A stretch of 63,036 nt of DNA, counting the filler, from Reclinomonas americana ATCC 50394 (Eukaryota), in NCBI GenBank assembly GCA_048213135.1. It is 9 parts of 3 records of this genome, joined end to end, with 100 filler letters (N's around TTAATTAATTAA, not from the genome) between each part and the next. Parts side by side here need not be neighbours in the genome. Positions count along the whole stretch, not along the records: positions 19,351 to 35,196 come from PS015367.1; positions 35,297 to 47,814 come from PS015368.1; 7 more parts are not named here. One strand, written 5' to 3'. Below the pieces are notes generated by a model. That model searched no databases. It was not told where the DNA came from and saw only the letters and a program-made list of their open reading frames with translations. Both the position numbers and the translations under genes were made by a program. Of the stretch, positions 25,197-38,500 are shown piece after piece. Position 1 is the stretch's first letter, and each line of letters starts with the position of its first letter.

Positions 25197-28100
25197 ATGG
25201 ACAAGCGACTGAACAAGGCCGAGTACGAGGAAGCATGTCGTGTTCCGGCCGCAGAAATCATTGGAAACGCAGTCAAGGCCGGCCTCCTCAATAAGCAAGG
25301 TCATTTTACTCACACACACACACACACACACACACACAAAGAGAGTGAGAGGAGAGAGAGAGAGAGAGAGAGTGAGATGAGTGTCAGCACAAAATCAGTG
25401 AAGTTCGCGCACATATGAAGAGACGAGTGAGCAAGTGTGAGCAAGAGTGTGAGTACACACTCTATCTCCTCTTTGCTCTTGCTGCTCTCTCTCTCTGTGT
25501 GTCTGTGTGTGTGGTTTGACAGACACGCGTGTGTGAAGAGTATCGCGCTATTTTCGATGCATGCACGCTCTTTCTCTCACTCTCGCTCACTCACACTCAC
25601 TCTCGCACACTGTATGCACTCACTTACTCACACTTTCTCTCACTCGCTCATTGTGCGCGAACTTTTACTGATTTTGAGATGCACCTCTCTTGCTGCTCTC
25701 ACTCTCACTCACTCTCACTCACTCTCTCTCCCTCACACTCTATGCTACTCACACTCTTGCTCACTCTTCTCTTCATATGTGCGCGAACTTGACTGATTTT
25801 GAGGTGACTTTTTTCTTGCTCTCTCTCTCACCCGCTTCTCACACACACACACACTCTCTCTCTCACACACACACTCTCTCTCACTCTCTGTCTCTCCGTC
25901 TTACTCACACACTCTCACACACTCTTGCACACTCTTATCTCAGTTGCAAATTTACATGACACACTCACGTCTCTCTCTCTTTCTCACACACACACACACA
26001 CACTCTCTCTCACACTCTTGCACTCTCTTGCACTCTTTGCCTTGTGTGCATTCATCATGCATGCGCGCGTGTGTTATTTTCCGAGTGAGAGTGCGGCATG
26101 TCGCGCCATCTCCCTGTTTCCTCTCTCTCACTCTGTCTGTCTTTGTCTCTCTCACTCACACACTCTGCTGACTCTCACACTTGCTCTGTCTGTGCCGCTC
26201 TCATTCTTTGTGTGCGCAAGCATTTGCATTGCTTGTTTTCTTCACATTGGATGCTTTTTCTCCTTCAACTCTTCATCTGTCTCTCTCCAGCCCCTGTCCC
26301 TGTTTTCCCCTGTCCCTCTCTGCCCCCTGTCCCTCCCTCCCTTACTCAACCTCCCCCATTTCTTACGAGTCACGCAGTTCAGGCACTCCGACTCTGCCCT
26401 CACCCCACCCTTCGTCTTCCTATCGCCCCTCCTTCACCCCCTCCTTTTCCCTCCCCTCACCCTCCCCACCCTTCCCCTTTGCCTCCTGCAGGCGACCGCG
26501 TCAAGAACTGGAAAAAACGCCTCTTCGTCCTCACCAACGACCGCCTCTACTACTACAAGGGCCACACCGACGTGCGCGCCAAGGGCGTCGTCGACCTGCC
26601 CTCAGCAATTCGCGCCGTGCGCGTCGACAAGGCCGAGACAAAGCGCGACTTTTCGTTCGGCATCCAGACCCCCGTGCGCACGTGGTTTATCGCCGATGTC
26701 GATGATGGGAGAGCAAGTTGCGTGGAGGGGGAAAGAGAAGAAGAGAGTGAGAGAGGAGAAGGAGGAGACGGGGAAGGAGGAGAACAAAACGCATGCACTC
26801 TTCTCATCATCAGCGAGAGAGGCACACACTCCCCTTCCTCCTCGACTATTCATCTTCTCCTGCTCGTTCTCGTTCTCCACGATCTTCTCTCGCTCTCTCT
26901 CTCGCTCGTTCTCTCTCTCTCTTCTCCCCCCTTCTCCCCCTTCTCACCCCCTTCCCCTCCTCTCTCTCACCCCCTCCCCCTGATCCCAGACGAATGGGTC
27001 GAGGCCATCAACTCGGTCATCCACCGCCTGAAAAAACCCCTGGCCTCCCACGGCGTCAGTGGCGGCTCCAGCTCCTCCTCTTCCGCACCCTCTAGCTCCG
27101 CAGCGGCCAACATTGCCGCGCTGGCGGCGTCCGAAGAGGCAGCGCGGAGAAGATTGATGGAGCAGGCGCAGGAGGTGGAGCGTGCGCAGCTGGAGGAAAA
27201 GGCGCGCAAGGACGCGCAGGCCCGGGCGGAGCAGGAGCGCGTGGCGCGTATTGCCGAGCAGGAGAGAATTNNNNNNNNNNNNNNNNNNNNCTCGCGCTGC
27301 GTGGAGGTAAGGTGGTGAGGCATCACTCAACTGCAGGTTTCTTTCGAAGAAGTCGTGGTGGATAGGCCTGCTTCCTCTTTCTACTCACTAGAAAGATCTG
27401 GTTCCCTCCCTATCCATCACTACCAAAGACAGCACAAACAATCTTTCTTACTTCACCAGATCTGTCCTCTCTCACAGCTCTGCAGAGCGACTCTCGTTCC
27501 CAACAGCGACAGTCTTTCTCAAGTCTCTCATTTCACAAGCGTTGTCCTCTCCGAGCCTTGTCGAAAGACTGTTGGTGCAATCTCAGGAGGAAGGAAAGAG
27601 AACAAGATGCAGTCTCGTGAACAGAGAAAGCACAGCTGTGCAATATGAGTCGAAAGAACTGAAGAGTTGCCTTCGAAAAGAGAAGACAGGACGTCTTCCC
27701 CTTCCGACACATACACTACGTCACTTGCGAAGCATCGAGTTGCACGCAGCTCTGCTTCCTCTTCTCTTCTCACCAGCCTGACTCTCGTTCTCTTTCCTCC
27801 CCAAAGAGAGCACCAACAATCTTTTGTAAGACTCTCACGTCACCAGCTTGGACCTCTCCCTGTCTTCTCATTCCGTTAGCAAAGCTACGTTTTTTCGACA
27901 ATCACGAAACTCTTTCCTCAATTCGTTCACCAGATCTCCTTCTCCTGTCTTCCTCCCCAAAGACAGCACCAGCAATCCTTCGCACAACTCTCACTTCACC
28001 AGCTTGGTCAAGCACTCATGCTGCACAACTCTGTTCCCTCTCTATTCGCCATCCTGACTCTCGTTCTTTCTTTCCTCCCCGAGGACAGCCAACAATCTTT

Positions 28101-30174
28101 CGAAACACTCTCACGTCACCAGCTTGGACCACTCCCTGTCTTCTCCTTCCGCAGGCAGCACTACGTATCATTCGAAGCACTCATGACGCACAGCACACGA
28201 CACGGTTTCCTCTCTCTCTCACCAACCTGACTCTCGTTCTCATTCCTCCCCGAGGACAGCACAGACAATCTTTCGAAAGACTCACTTGCCTCTCACTTCT
28301 CTCCATAAGCAACACGACGTCTCTTCCCAAGCACAGGGGACAGTTTCCTCTCATACTTCTCTCTCCTTCTTTCCCTTCCCCTCCTGACACTCACCTCCGC
28401 CTCCCTNNNNNNNNNNNNNNNNNNNNCGGGAGGCGGAGGTGAGTGTCAGGAGGGGAAGGGAGGGAGAACCAGCGAGGAAAGTGTCCCCTGTGCTTGGAAA
28501 GAAACGTCGTGTTGCTTACGGAGAGAAGTGAGAGACAAGTGAGTCTTTCGAACGTTTGTTGGTGCTGTCCTCGGGGAGGAATGAGAACGAGAGTCAGGTT
28601 GGTGTGTGTGAGAGAGAGGAAACCGTGTCGTGTGCTGTGCGTCATGAGTGCTTTGAATGATACGTAGTGCTGCATGCGGAAGGAGAAGACAGGGAGAGGT
28701 CCAAGCTGGTGACGTGAGAGTGTTTCGAAAGATTGTTGGCTGTCCTCGGAAAGGAAAGAAAGAACGAGAGTCAGGTTGGCGAATAGAGAGGGAACAGAAT
28801 CGTGGAGCCCTGCGAAGTATTGTTGATGCTGTCTTTGGGGGGGGGGAAGAAAGGAGAAGGAGATGCGGTGAACGAATTGAGGAAAGAGTTTCGTGATTAT
28901 CGAAAAAACGTAGCTTTGCTAACGGAATGAGAAGACAGGGAGAGGTCCAAGCTGGTCACGTGAGAGTCTTACAAAAGGTTGCTGGCTGTCCTCGGGGAGG
29001 AAAGAAAGAACTAGAGTCAGGCTGGTGAGAAGAGAAGAGGAAGCAGAGCTGTGTGCAACTCGAATGCTTCGCAAGTGACATAGTGTATGTGTCGGAAGGG
29101 GAAGACGTCCCTGTCTTCTCTTTTCGAAAGCAACTCTTCAGTTCCTTCGACTCATATTGCACAGCTGTGCTTTCTCTGTTCACGAGACTGCATCTTGTTC
29201 TCTTTCCTTCCTCCTGAGATTGCACCAACAGTCTTTCGACAAGGCTCGGAGAGGACAACGCTTGTGAAATGAGAGACTTGAGAAAGACTGTCGCTGTTGG
29301 GAACGAGAGTCGCTATGCAGAGCTGTGAGAAGAGAGGACAGATCTGGTGAAGTAAGAAAGATTGTTTGTGCTGTTTGGTAATGATGGATAGGGAACCAGA
29401 TCTTTCTAGTGAGTAGAAAGAGGAAGCAGGCCTATCCACCACGACTTCTTCGAAAGAAACCTGCAGTTGAGTGATGCCTCACCACCGTACCTCCACGCAG
29501 CGCGAANNNNNNNNNNNNNNNNNNNNNNNNNNNNNNNNNNNACCTTTCTATCGTTCAGTCCTTTCGTCGTTTTGCTGTTTGTTGCTTTGCCTATTTTCCC
29601 TTCGCGTAACGACTGAGAGTGGTAAAAGAAGTGCAGTAACAATAGTGGAGCGTGAGATCGAATGAGCGACAGACGAGTGACTTTTCCCTGTCGTCCACTC
29701 CTCTGTCGTCCCACTCCTCTGTCGTCCCACTCCTCTGTTGCGTTCCACTCCTCTCCGTCGTTTTCCACTCGTCTCTGTCGTTTTCCACTCGTCTCCATCG
29801 TTTTCCACTCGTCTCCGTCGTTTTCCACTCGTCTCCGTCATTTTCCACTCGTCTCCGTCGTTTTCCACTCGTCTCCGTCGTTTTCCACTCGTCTCCGTCG
29901 TTTTCCACTCGTCTCCATCGTTTTCCACTCGTCTCCGTCGTTTTCCACTCGTCTCCATCGTTTTCCACTCCTCGGTTGTACCACTCCTCTGTCGTAGCAC
30001 TCCTCTGTCGTGTTCCATTCCCACTCATCTGTCGTTCCACTCGTCTCCGTCGCGTTCCACTCCTCTCTGTCGGTTTCCACTCCTCTCTGTCGTTTTCCAC
30101 TCCCTCTCCGTCGCGTTCCACTCCCTCTCCGTCGCGTTCCACTCCTCTCCGTCGCTCTCTGTCTCTCTCAGTCT

Positions 30175-30206
<32 letters not shown>

Positions 30207-31392
30207 GTCTCTCTCTCCCCCTCCCTCCCTCCCTGTCCCCCCTTTCTCCATCCCATCCCTCACACCCTGTCCCCCCTTTCTCCATCCCTTCCCTCACACC
30301 CCCCTTCCCTATTTGCAGCTCGACATCAAGGTCCCGCCAAACATTCGCGAAATCCGCCTCTGCTTCGACGCATTCGACGCCAACCGCAACGGCCTGGTCG
30401 ACCGCATCGAGTACGTGCACTTTTTGCATCTCCTCGGCGCCGACATTGTCAGCGACAAGTACTTTGATGTGCTGTGGGAGGAGGCGGATTTGGATTCGGA
30501 CGGGCAGTTGACGTTTGCTGAGTTTGTGCGCGTGTCGGACGCCCTGTTTGATATTGCCGATGTTGCGTCGCGACACGTCGCTCTCTTTCTTTCGCTGCGG
30601 TGCGTGGCTGATGTGCTGCGCAGTTGGCCTTTATTGCGCGTGTGCGCAACGCATTCTTGGCGATTGACACGGATCACAACGGTCTCATTGATCGCAACGA
30701 GGTCAGCCGGCTGATTACCGAGTTTGAGGGGCAAGGTGAGCGGACACACAAGACAATGCTTGGCGTGAACGAGAGCTGCTACTTTACAGCTTGTTCTCTC
30801 TCTACTTCTTGTTGTTCGTGCTTGCTTGCTTGCGCGCGCCTCTCACCCTCCCCCCTTCTCCTTCCGCCCTTTCCCCCTTCCCCGTTGCCTCTCTTTTCCT
30901 TTCGCAGCAATGTCCGCCGTCGGCCTCGACCAATTCATGCGCACGTACGACCGCAACGGCGACGGCCTGGTGACCTGGTCCGAGTTCCTGGGTGGCGCAC
31001 TGCGCGAGGCCTCGACCATCAAGAGCAACGCCAAATCGCTGACACGAGCCAATCTCTCGGACGTGCGCCTGGCATTCGAGGCTTTCGATGTCAATGGCGA
31101 TGGCCGGATCGACTTTGGCGAGTACAATGCGTTCCTGCGACTGCTGGGTGTCGGTGAGTGTCACCCTCCTCATGTGTGCGGGATGTTTGTAATCGCTAAG
31201 CCCTCCTTCCCCCCTCAATAGACCTGACGCAATACGCCGACCAACTGGACAGAGCGTGGGACGAGGCCGATGCCGACGCCGACGGCAAGCTGTCGTATGT
31301 GGAATTCATGCGACTCTCCGCCAGCCTGTTCGACGTGGAGGAGTTGGCACAAATATCGCGCATCCGCAACGTGTTTGTGCGCTACGACACCG
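25197..31392 (+). CDS. PH domain + coiled coil + multiple EF-hand calcium-binding protein (3' truncated by gap)
   Basis: Exons 25197-25299, 26492-26716, 26990-27306 (20-N gap inside), 30319-30561, 30624-30735, 30908-31153, 31222->31392. KAGLLNKQGDRVKNWKKRLFVL..LYYYK..EWVEAI; EF loops DANRNGLVD, DLDSDGQLT, DTDHNGLID, DRNGDGLVT, DVNGDGRID, DADADGKLS. The phase-0 join SRCVE|LDIKVPP links the PH and EF parts. Confidence 0.8.
27291..29505. repeat. ~1.1-kb inverted duplication of an exon end plus intron, arms separated by a 20-N gap
   Basis: 27291-28406 is the reverse complement of 28427-29505 with scattered SNPs and indels (donor GTAAGG vs GTACGG). Confidence 0.9.
29693..30152. repeat. Intronic 20-bp minisatellite (TTTTCCACTCGTCTCCGTCG)n
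   Basis: Near-perfect head-to-tail units at 29761-29970, degenerate at both edges, no spacers. Confidence 0.92.
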
Positions 31393-32329
31393 ANNNNNNN
31401 NNNNNNNNNNNNNNNNNNNNNNNNNNNNNNNNNNNNNNNNNNNNNNNNNNNNNNNNNNNNNNNNNNNNNNNNNNNNNNNNNNNNNNNNNNNNNNNNNNNN
31501 NNNNNNNNNNNNNNNNNNNNNNNNNNNNNNNNNNNNNNNNNNNNNNNNNNNNNNNNNNNNNNNNNNNNNNNNNNNNNNNNNNNNNNNNNNNNNNNNNNNN
31601 NNNNNNNNNNNNNNNNNNNNNNNNNNNNNNNNNNNNNNNNNNNNNNNNNNNNNNNNNNNNNNNNNNNNNNNNNNNNNNNNNNNNNNNNNNNNNNNNNNNN
31701 NNNNNNNNNNNNNNNNNNNNNNNNNNNNNNNNNNNNNNNNNNNNNNNNNNNNNNAGGAGGAGGAGGAGAACACCAAGAAGAAGAAGAGACGAGAAGAGAG
31801 AGTGATGAGGGAAAAAGCGAGCCAGGGAGAGAGGGAGAGAGAGGAGGAGGAGGAGGAGGAGGAGAACAGAGAAAGTAGAAGAAGAAGACAAGAGAGAGAG
31901 AGAGAGAGAGAGGAGGAGGAGGAGGAAGAAGAAAAGGAGGAGAAGGAGAAAGACGAGCACAGAGAGAGAGAGAGAGAGTGAGAGAGTGAAGAAAAGAATG
32001 TGAAGGAAGAGACAGAGAGGAGAATGTGAAGGAATAGAGAGAGAGAGAGGAGGAAAAGTAGAGAAGGAAAGAGGAAAAGGCAAGCAAAGGAAAGGAGAAT
32101 GAGAGAAGGAACAAGGAGGAAATGAGAAAGAAAACAGAGACAAAATGCAAGAGAGAGAGATGAATGGGTAACTGCATAGAGAGCAACAGTGTGCATAGAA
32201 GAGAGAGAGTAGGTGTGTGCGTGTGTGTGTGAGAAAAGAAGCTTTCATGCATTTCTTCTCACAAACGCTCAACCTCTTCTCTCACTTCTCTCTTTATCTT
32301 CTTTCTCACTCGCTCACCGAAGGTGTCTC

Positions 32330-33480
32330 CAAGTCGACCCAGGGGAGAACCAACGCCAGCACTTCTTCACGCACTCGCTGTGCGTTGCTCATCTCACTCT
32401 TCTCTCACTAACTCTCAGTCTAAAAGTCCCACACGTAAACCAGAAACTTCATTTAGAAGGAGCTCTCTGTGCTTCTTTTCCTTGTTGCGCACTTACCTAC
32501 TCACTTGTCACTCATCTACCTGCGCATTGCATTCTCACCATGCGCTCACAGTTCTCTCACAATGTCTAAAAGTCCCACACATGCCAAACAGAAAGCTTCA
32601 CCGAGAACGAACTATCTGCGCTTCATTTCCTAGTTGCACACTTGTCTACTCACTTGTCACTCATGCACCTGCGTATTGCACTCTCACCATGCACTCACCG
32701 TTCTCTCACAATGTCCAAAAGTCCCGTTGCAACATTCTTTGTTGTGCACCAAGAAATAGCTCTCTGCGCTCCTGTCTCTTCTCGCATGTGTGTCCGTCCA
32801 CCTGTTACCTCTCCATCTGAGCATTGCAATCGCACGTTACGCTCTCTCTGTACCTCACAAAGTCAAAAGTCCTTCGTTCGATATCAACTTCGCCAGCAGA
32901 GAAGGAGCGTTCTACACCACTTCTTCTTCCTGCGCACGTCTCTACTCACTTGTCGCCCATCTTCCGGTAGAGTGCACTCACATATTGCGCCCTCCGTTCT
33001 CTCGCAAAGTCGAAAGTCCCGCGTTCGATATCAACTTTGCCGTACACTGGGAACAAGCTCTCTGAACTTCTTTCTCTTGTTGCATACTTGTCTGCCCACC
33101 TGTTGCCTGTCTGTCTATACATTGCACTCTCAGCATGCACTCTCCGTTCTCTCACAAAGCCAATGGTCCCGCGTTCGATATCAACTTCGTCGTACACTGG
33201 GAACGAGCTCTCTCTTTTTCTTTCTCTTCTAGCAAGTGTGTCCGTCCACCTGTTACCCTTCTACCTATACACTGCATTCACACCTTGCGCCCTCCGTTCT
33301 CTCACAAAGTCAAAAAGTCCGGCACTCGATATCAACTTCGCAGTGGATTGAGAGGCGCGCTCTGCACCACTTGTTCTTCTTCTCTCACACGCTTGCATAT
33401 TCACCTTTCTCTCACGCTCCCCTCCACTCCTCTCACTTGCTCCTCTCACAACGTCCCGCGTTCGAACTTCACAGAGCGTT
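32330..33480. repeat. Degenerate ~150-bp tandem repeat
   Basis: Recurring TTCTCTCACAA..AAAAGTCC..TTCGATATCAACTTCG motif at 32421, 32551, 32701, 32861, 33001, 33151, 33301. Confidence 0.8.
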
Positions 33481-33511
33481 TTGTTATTGCACAGCGAGCT
33501 GACACACTCCA

Positions 33512-34785
33512 ATGACAGAGAGTGGAGGCGCCTTTCCTCCTCGCCCTCTCTCCTCTCCTTCTCCTCCTCTCACTTCTTCTTCTTCTTCTCCAGTGGTGTC
33601 TGCACTGTTGAGAGCGGGAGGCGATGTGTCGCGCGAGTTTGCGGAAAAGTGGTGTGGGCGGGTGGCGAACATTGGAAAGCAGCGAAGAGAACGTGTGTTG
33701 ACGGCCGTCGCAAGTGTGTTGAGGGTGAGGAAAAGGGGAGGAAAAGGGGAGGAAAAGGGGAAGAGAATAAAGAGAGAGAAGAGAGAGAAGAGAGAGAGAG
33801 AGAGAGAGTGAGTGTGGAGGTGTGTGTGTGAGAGAGTGTGTGTGAGTGAGTGAGAGTGTGAGTGAGTGAGTGAGAGAGTGAGTAGTGAATGCATCTTGAT
33901 CACTCTCTCTCTCTCTCTCACTGTCTCACTCACTCTCTCACTCTCTCACTCACTCTCTCACTCTCTCACTCTCTCTCACACACACAAACACACTCACTCC
34001 CTCCCTCACTCTCTCACTCACTCTCTCACTCACTCTCTCACTCTCTCACTCTCTCACTACACTCACCACTCATTGCCGATATGTTCGATATTTCTTCTCT
34101 CTTAGGGCGAGGCTGTGACTGTTAACGACGAGCGTCGCGCCTCTGTGGCCACTGGTGTGACTGTGGAAGAGGCAGAAGAGAAGGAGGAGACGTTTGCGTC
34201 GCTGGTGGGCTTGTCGGAGGAGGAGGCGGTGGAGGTGCCGGTGAGTGCCTTTCTCCTCTCTTTCCTGTGCTTGCCTGACGCTTTTTCGTGCAGTCCATTG
34301 GCTTGGAGCAATTCGCGTGCGTGCTCATGGAGCAGACGCGTCTCCAGGGCGATCGCCTGCAGAATGATCTCGTGAATCTGCTCTCGGCTGCGGTCTCGGT
34401 GGATCCCGTGCATGGCGCAGTCGAGGCCGGTGGACTCGGCGGCATTCGAGTTGTGTTGTCGCTTCCACCACCACCGCAAGCGTGGAGTGAGTCAGTCGCT
34501 CATTGTTGTTGGCGCACCGCAGTTCGATGTCATGCAGGGCATGTACAACACGGAGCGCTTGCGCGTGTCGATGCTCAAGTGCGATCTGCAGCGTCTGACG
34601 GATCAGTTGGCGCAGCGTGACCGCGATGTCGATCAAATGGAGCGGTTGCTGGTGCGCGTGTGTTGCGCACAGGCAGCGATGTCGCACTTCTCTTTCCTCA
34701 CTTGTGCGCGCAGATCGATTACAAGGAGGTCATGGACGAACAGCGGAATTTGTATGTCAAGGATATTTTGTTGCTGCGCGAACAG
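33512..34785 (+). CDS. Uncharacterised coiled-coil protein (3' truncated at linker gap)
   Basis: Putative exons 33512-33724, 34106-34240, ~34294-34485, 34523-34651, 34714-34785. Heptad-like CDLQRLTDQLAQRDRDVDQMERLL and IDYKEVMDEQRNLYVKDILLLREQ. Internal splicing partly uncertain. Confidence 0.55.
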
Positions 34786-35573
34786 GTTGGTTTGCTCGGC
34801 TGGGCGAGATTGGGGTTGAGAGGGAGGGAGGGAGAGAGGGAGAGGGGGGAGGGAGGGAGGGAGGGAGGGAGGCAGGGCAGGGATAGAGGGAGGGAGGGAG
34901 GAGGAGAGAAGCGAGAGAGTGATGAGGAGAAGAAGAGAGGAGTTGAGAGCGAGAGAGAGACAGTGCGAGTGAGAGACAGGGACGGAAATAGAGAGAGAGG
35001 AGAGAGAGAGGAGAGGAGCAGAAAAGAGAGAAAGCGTGGGCGAGAGAGAGAGAAAGGGAGAGAGGAGAGGAGCAGAAAAGACAGAGAGAGAGAGAGTGCG
35101 CGTCTGTTTCTCTTCTCCTCTCCTCTCTCTGGTAGATTTATGTGTTTCTCTGTATCTCCCTCTCTCTCTTTCTTCTCCTCTCCTCTTCTCTCCCTCNNNN
35201 NNNNNNNNNNNNNNNNNNNNNNNNNNNNNNNNNNNNNNNNTTAATTAATTAANNNNNNNNNNNNNNNNNNNNNNNNNNNNNNNNNNNNNNNNNNNNGAGA
35301 GAGAGAGAGTGAGTGAACGCGCGGAGGAGAAAGAGGGGCAACAGACAGCTGCAGTAAACGCAACGTCGGGAAATCAAATTTGAAATCCAGAGCGCGCGAC
35401 TGCAAGGGGGATGCAAGAGCGACAAGCAGCCTCTCAACAACAAGGGAACTCTACAGCAAGGCACTCAAGAGTCGTGAAGCCGAAGTTTTCAGACACTGCA
35501 TGAACGAATTTTCGCGCCACGTGGCGATTTCGCGTCACTTTTCCCACACAGAGACAAGAGCAGGCAACACACC

Positions 35574-38500
35574 ATGCGACGCATCCTCACACTCATCGCC
35601 GCGCTCTTCGTGCTACTCGCCATCGGAGGCACGTCCAACACACACACAAACACACACGCGCGCAACATCTCAATTTCGCTCACTGTGCCTCCCTCTCTCT
35701 CTCTCTCAGTGGCAATGAGCGACGGGGCAGTCATCGGCATCGACCTCGGCACTGAGTGGATCAAGGCCGGCCTCGTACGCGGAGCAGCACCAATTGGTGA
35801 AGTCACTGAGAGAGAGTTGATCGTTTGTTGATGTGTGTGCTCATTGTGTGACACAGACATTGTGGAGAACGAGATGACAAAGCGCAAGTCACCCGCGGGC
35901 ATTGTCTTCCGCGGCGACGAGCGAGTCATCGGCGAAGAGCTTGCCACTGCTGTTGCGTGACATGTGCACCTGATGACGCAAGCACGCACACACTAACTTC
36001 ACGCGCCCCACAGGTCACGCAAGCGCCCGAATCGGCGTTCATGTTCATCAAGTATCTGTTGGGCGGATCGACGGAGCAGGTTCGCGCGACGATTGAGCGT
36101 TTCCGCATGGCGTTGACGACGCGCATTGCCGCGTCGGCCAAGCAGGACGAACAGCAGGACGATGGTGACGATGACGGGACGCTGCGATTTGTGGTGCCGA
36201 ATAACTCGGGTGATACGTACACGGCGACGGAGCTGGTGGCGCTGTTGTTGAAGTATGTGGTCAAGTTGGCGGCGACGCAGGCGAAGGGATCGGTGTCGGA
36301 TGTGGTGATTGCGGTGAGTCAAGAAGGGGAAGGGCATGAGAGGGGAAGGGATTGACGCGTGGTGATTACACGTGGCAAGGGATGCAGGGGAGTGTGTTTT
36401 GGGCAGGATGCATTTGCTCGCCATCCTATTCCTCTCTCTCTCTCTCACTTCTGCCTTGTCTCTCACTTCCGCCTTGTCTCTCACTTGTGTTGACTCTTGC
36501 CTCTTTTTCTCTCTTTCGGCGCGATGTCATTCTCTCTCCGGTGATGCAAAGGGATGCAGGGAGTGACAGCATGTATTGCTCGCCATTATATTCCTCTGTC
36601 TCTCCCTCTCGCCGTCTTTGCTTTGTCTATCACTTGTGTTGACTCTTGCCTCTTTTTCTCTCTTTCGGCGCGATGTCGCTCTCTCCCCGGTGATTGCACG
36701 TGGGGATCACACGTGGCACAGAGATGCAGGGAGTGACAGCATGTATTGCTCGCCATTCTATTCCTCTCTCTCTCTCTTTCTCTCTTTCTCTCTCGCCGTC
36801 GTTGCTTTGTCTGTCACTTGTGTTGTCTCTTGCCTCTTTTCTTTTTTTCGGCGCGATGTCACTCTCTCCCCGGTGATTGCACGAGGCAAAGGGATGCAGA
36901 GGAGCGCCTATTGGACAGCTTGCAGTTGTCCTGCTTCTTTCATTCTCTCTCTCTCGCTCTCACCTGCCTTCTCTGTCATCATTGCCTTGTCTCCCGCTTG
37001 TTTGTCACCTGTCTTGTGCATCACTTGTCTCTCGTTTCTCTCTACGTCTCGATGGCATTCTCTCTCCGATGATGACACGTGGGAATCACACGTGGCAAGC
37101 GATGCAGGGGAGTACCTATTTGACAGCTTATAGCTTTCCTTCTTTCTTTCTTTCGTTCTCTCTCTCTATCGCTCTCGCCTGCCTTCTCTGTCTTCATTAC
37201 CTTGTCCCCCCCCCTTTTTTGTCACCTGTCTTGTGCATCACTTGTCTCATGTTTCTCTTTTGTCACGTTGCCTCCACTCTGTGTTTTTTGACACGTGGAT
37301 GGCACGTGGCGAGGGATGCAGGGGATATCTTGGACAACATGTACTTTCTCGTTTTTCTGTTTCTTTCTCTCTGTCTCCTCTCGCCTTCTTTGCTTTGTCT
37401 CTCACTTGTCTATCCCTCTCTGTCCCCCTTCTCCCCCTTTTCCCCCTTTTCCCCCTTTTCCCCCTTTTCCCCCTTTTCCCCCTTTTCCCCCTTTTCCCCC
37501 TTNNNNNNNNNNNNNNNNNNNNNNNNNNNNNNNNNNNNNNNNNNNNNNNNNNNNNNNNNNNNNNNNNNNNNNNNNNNNNNNNNNNNNNNNNNNNNNNNNN
37601 NNNNNNNNNNNNNNNNNNNNNNNNNNNNNNNNNNNNNNNNNNNNNNNNNNNNNNNNNNNNNNNNNNNNNNNNNNNNNNNNNNNNNNNNNNNNNNNNNNNN
37701 NNNNNNNNNNNNNNNNNNNNNNNNNNNNNNNNNNNNNNNNNNNNNNNNNNNNNNNNNNNNNNNNNNNNNNNNNNNNNNNNNNNNNNNNNNNNNNNNNNNN
37801 NNNNNNNNNNNNNNNNNNNNNNNNNNNNNNNNNNNNNNNNNNNNNNNNNNNNNNNNNNNNNNNNNNNNNNNNNNNNNNNNNNNNNNNNNNNNNNNNNNNN
37901 NNNNNNNNNNNNNNNNNNNNNNNNNNNNNNNNNNNNNNNNNNNNNNNNNNNNNNNNNNNNNNNNNNNNNNNNNNNNNNNNNNNNNNNNNNNNNNNNNNNN
38001 NNNNNNNNNNNNNNNNNNNNNNNNNNNNNNNNNNNNNNNNNNNNNNNNNNNNNNNNNNNNNNNNNNNNNNNNNNNNNNNNNNNNNNNNNNNNNNNNNNNN
38101 NNNNNNNNNNNNNNNNNNNNNNNNNNNNNNNNNNNNNNNNNNNNNNNNNNNNNNNNNNNNNNNNNNNNNNNNNNNNNNNNNNNNNNNNNNNNNNNNNNNN
38201 NNNNNNNNNNNNNNNNNNNNNNNNNNNNNNNNNNNNNNNNNNNNNNNNNNNNNNNNNNNNNNNNNNNNNNNNNNNNNNNNNNNNNNNNNNNNNNNNNNNN
38301 NNNNNNNNNNNNNNNNCCCCCCCTTCCCCCTCCCCTCTCCCCTTCCCCCTTCGCCCCCTTCGCCCCCTCTCCCCCTCTCCCCCTCTCTCTCACCTCCATC
38401 TCCTATTCCTTCCCCTTCGCAGGTCCCCGCCTGGTTCACCCAAGAACAACGCCAGGACCTCCTCGACGCCGCCCGCCTCGCCGGCGTCAAAGTCCTCTCC

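Noticed and set aside
29693..30152. CRISPR-like array
   Set aside because: Contiguous 20-bp units without unique spacers, inside a eukaryotic intron, with no cas genes.
36877..38400. Collagen-like or Pro-rich ORFs spanning N runs and simple repeats (also 10200-11600 and 31200-32270)
   Set aside because: Translations of microsatellites and gaps within introns.
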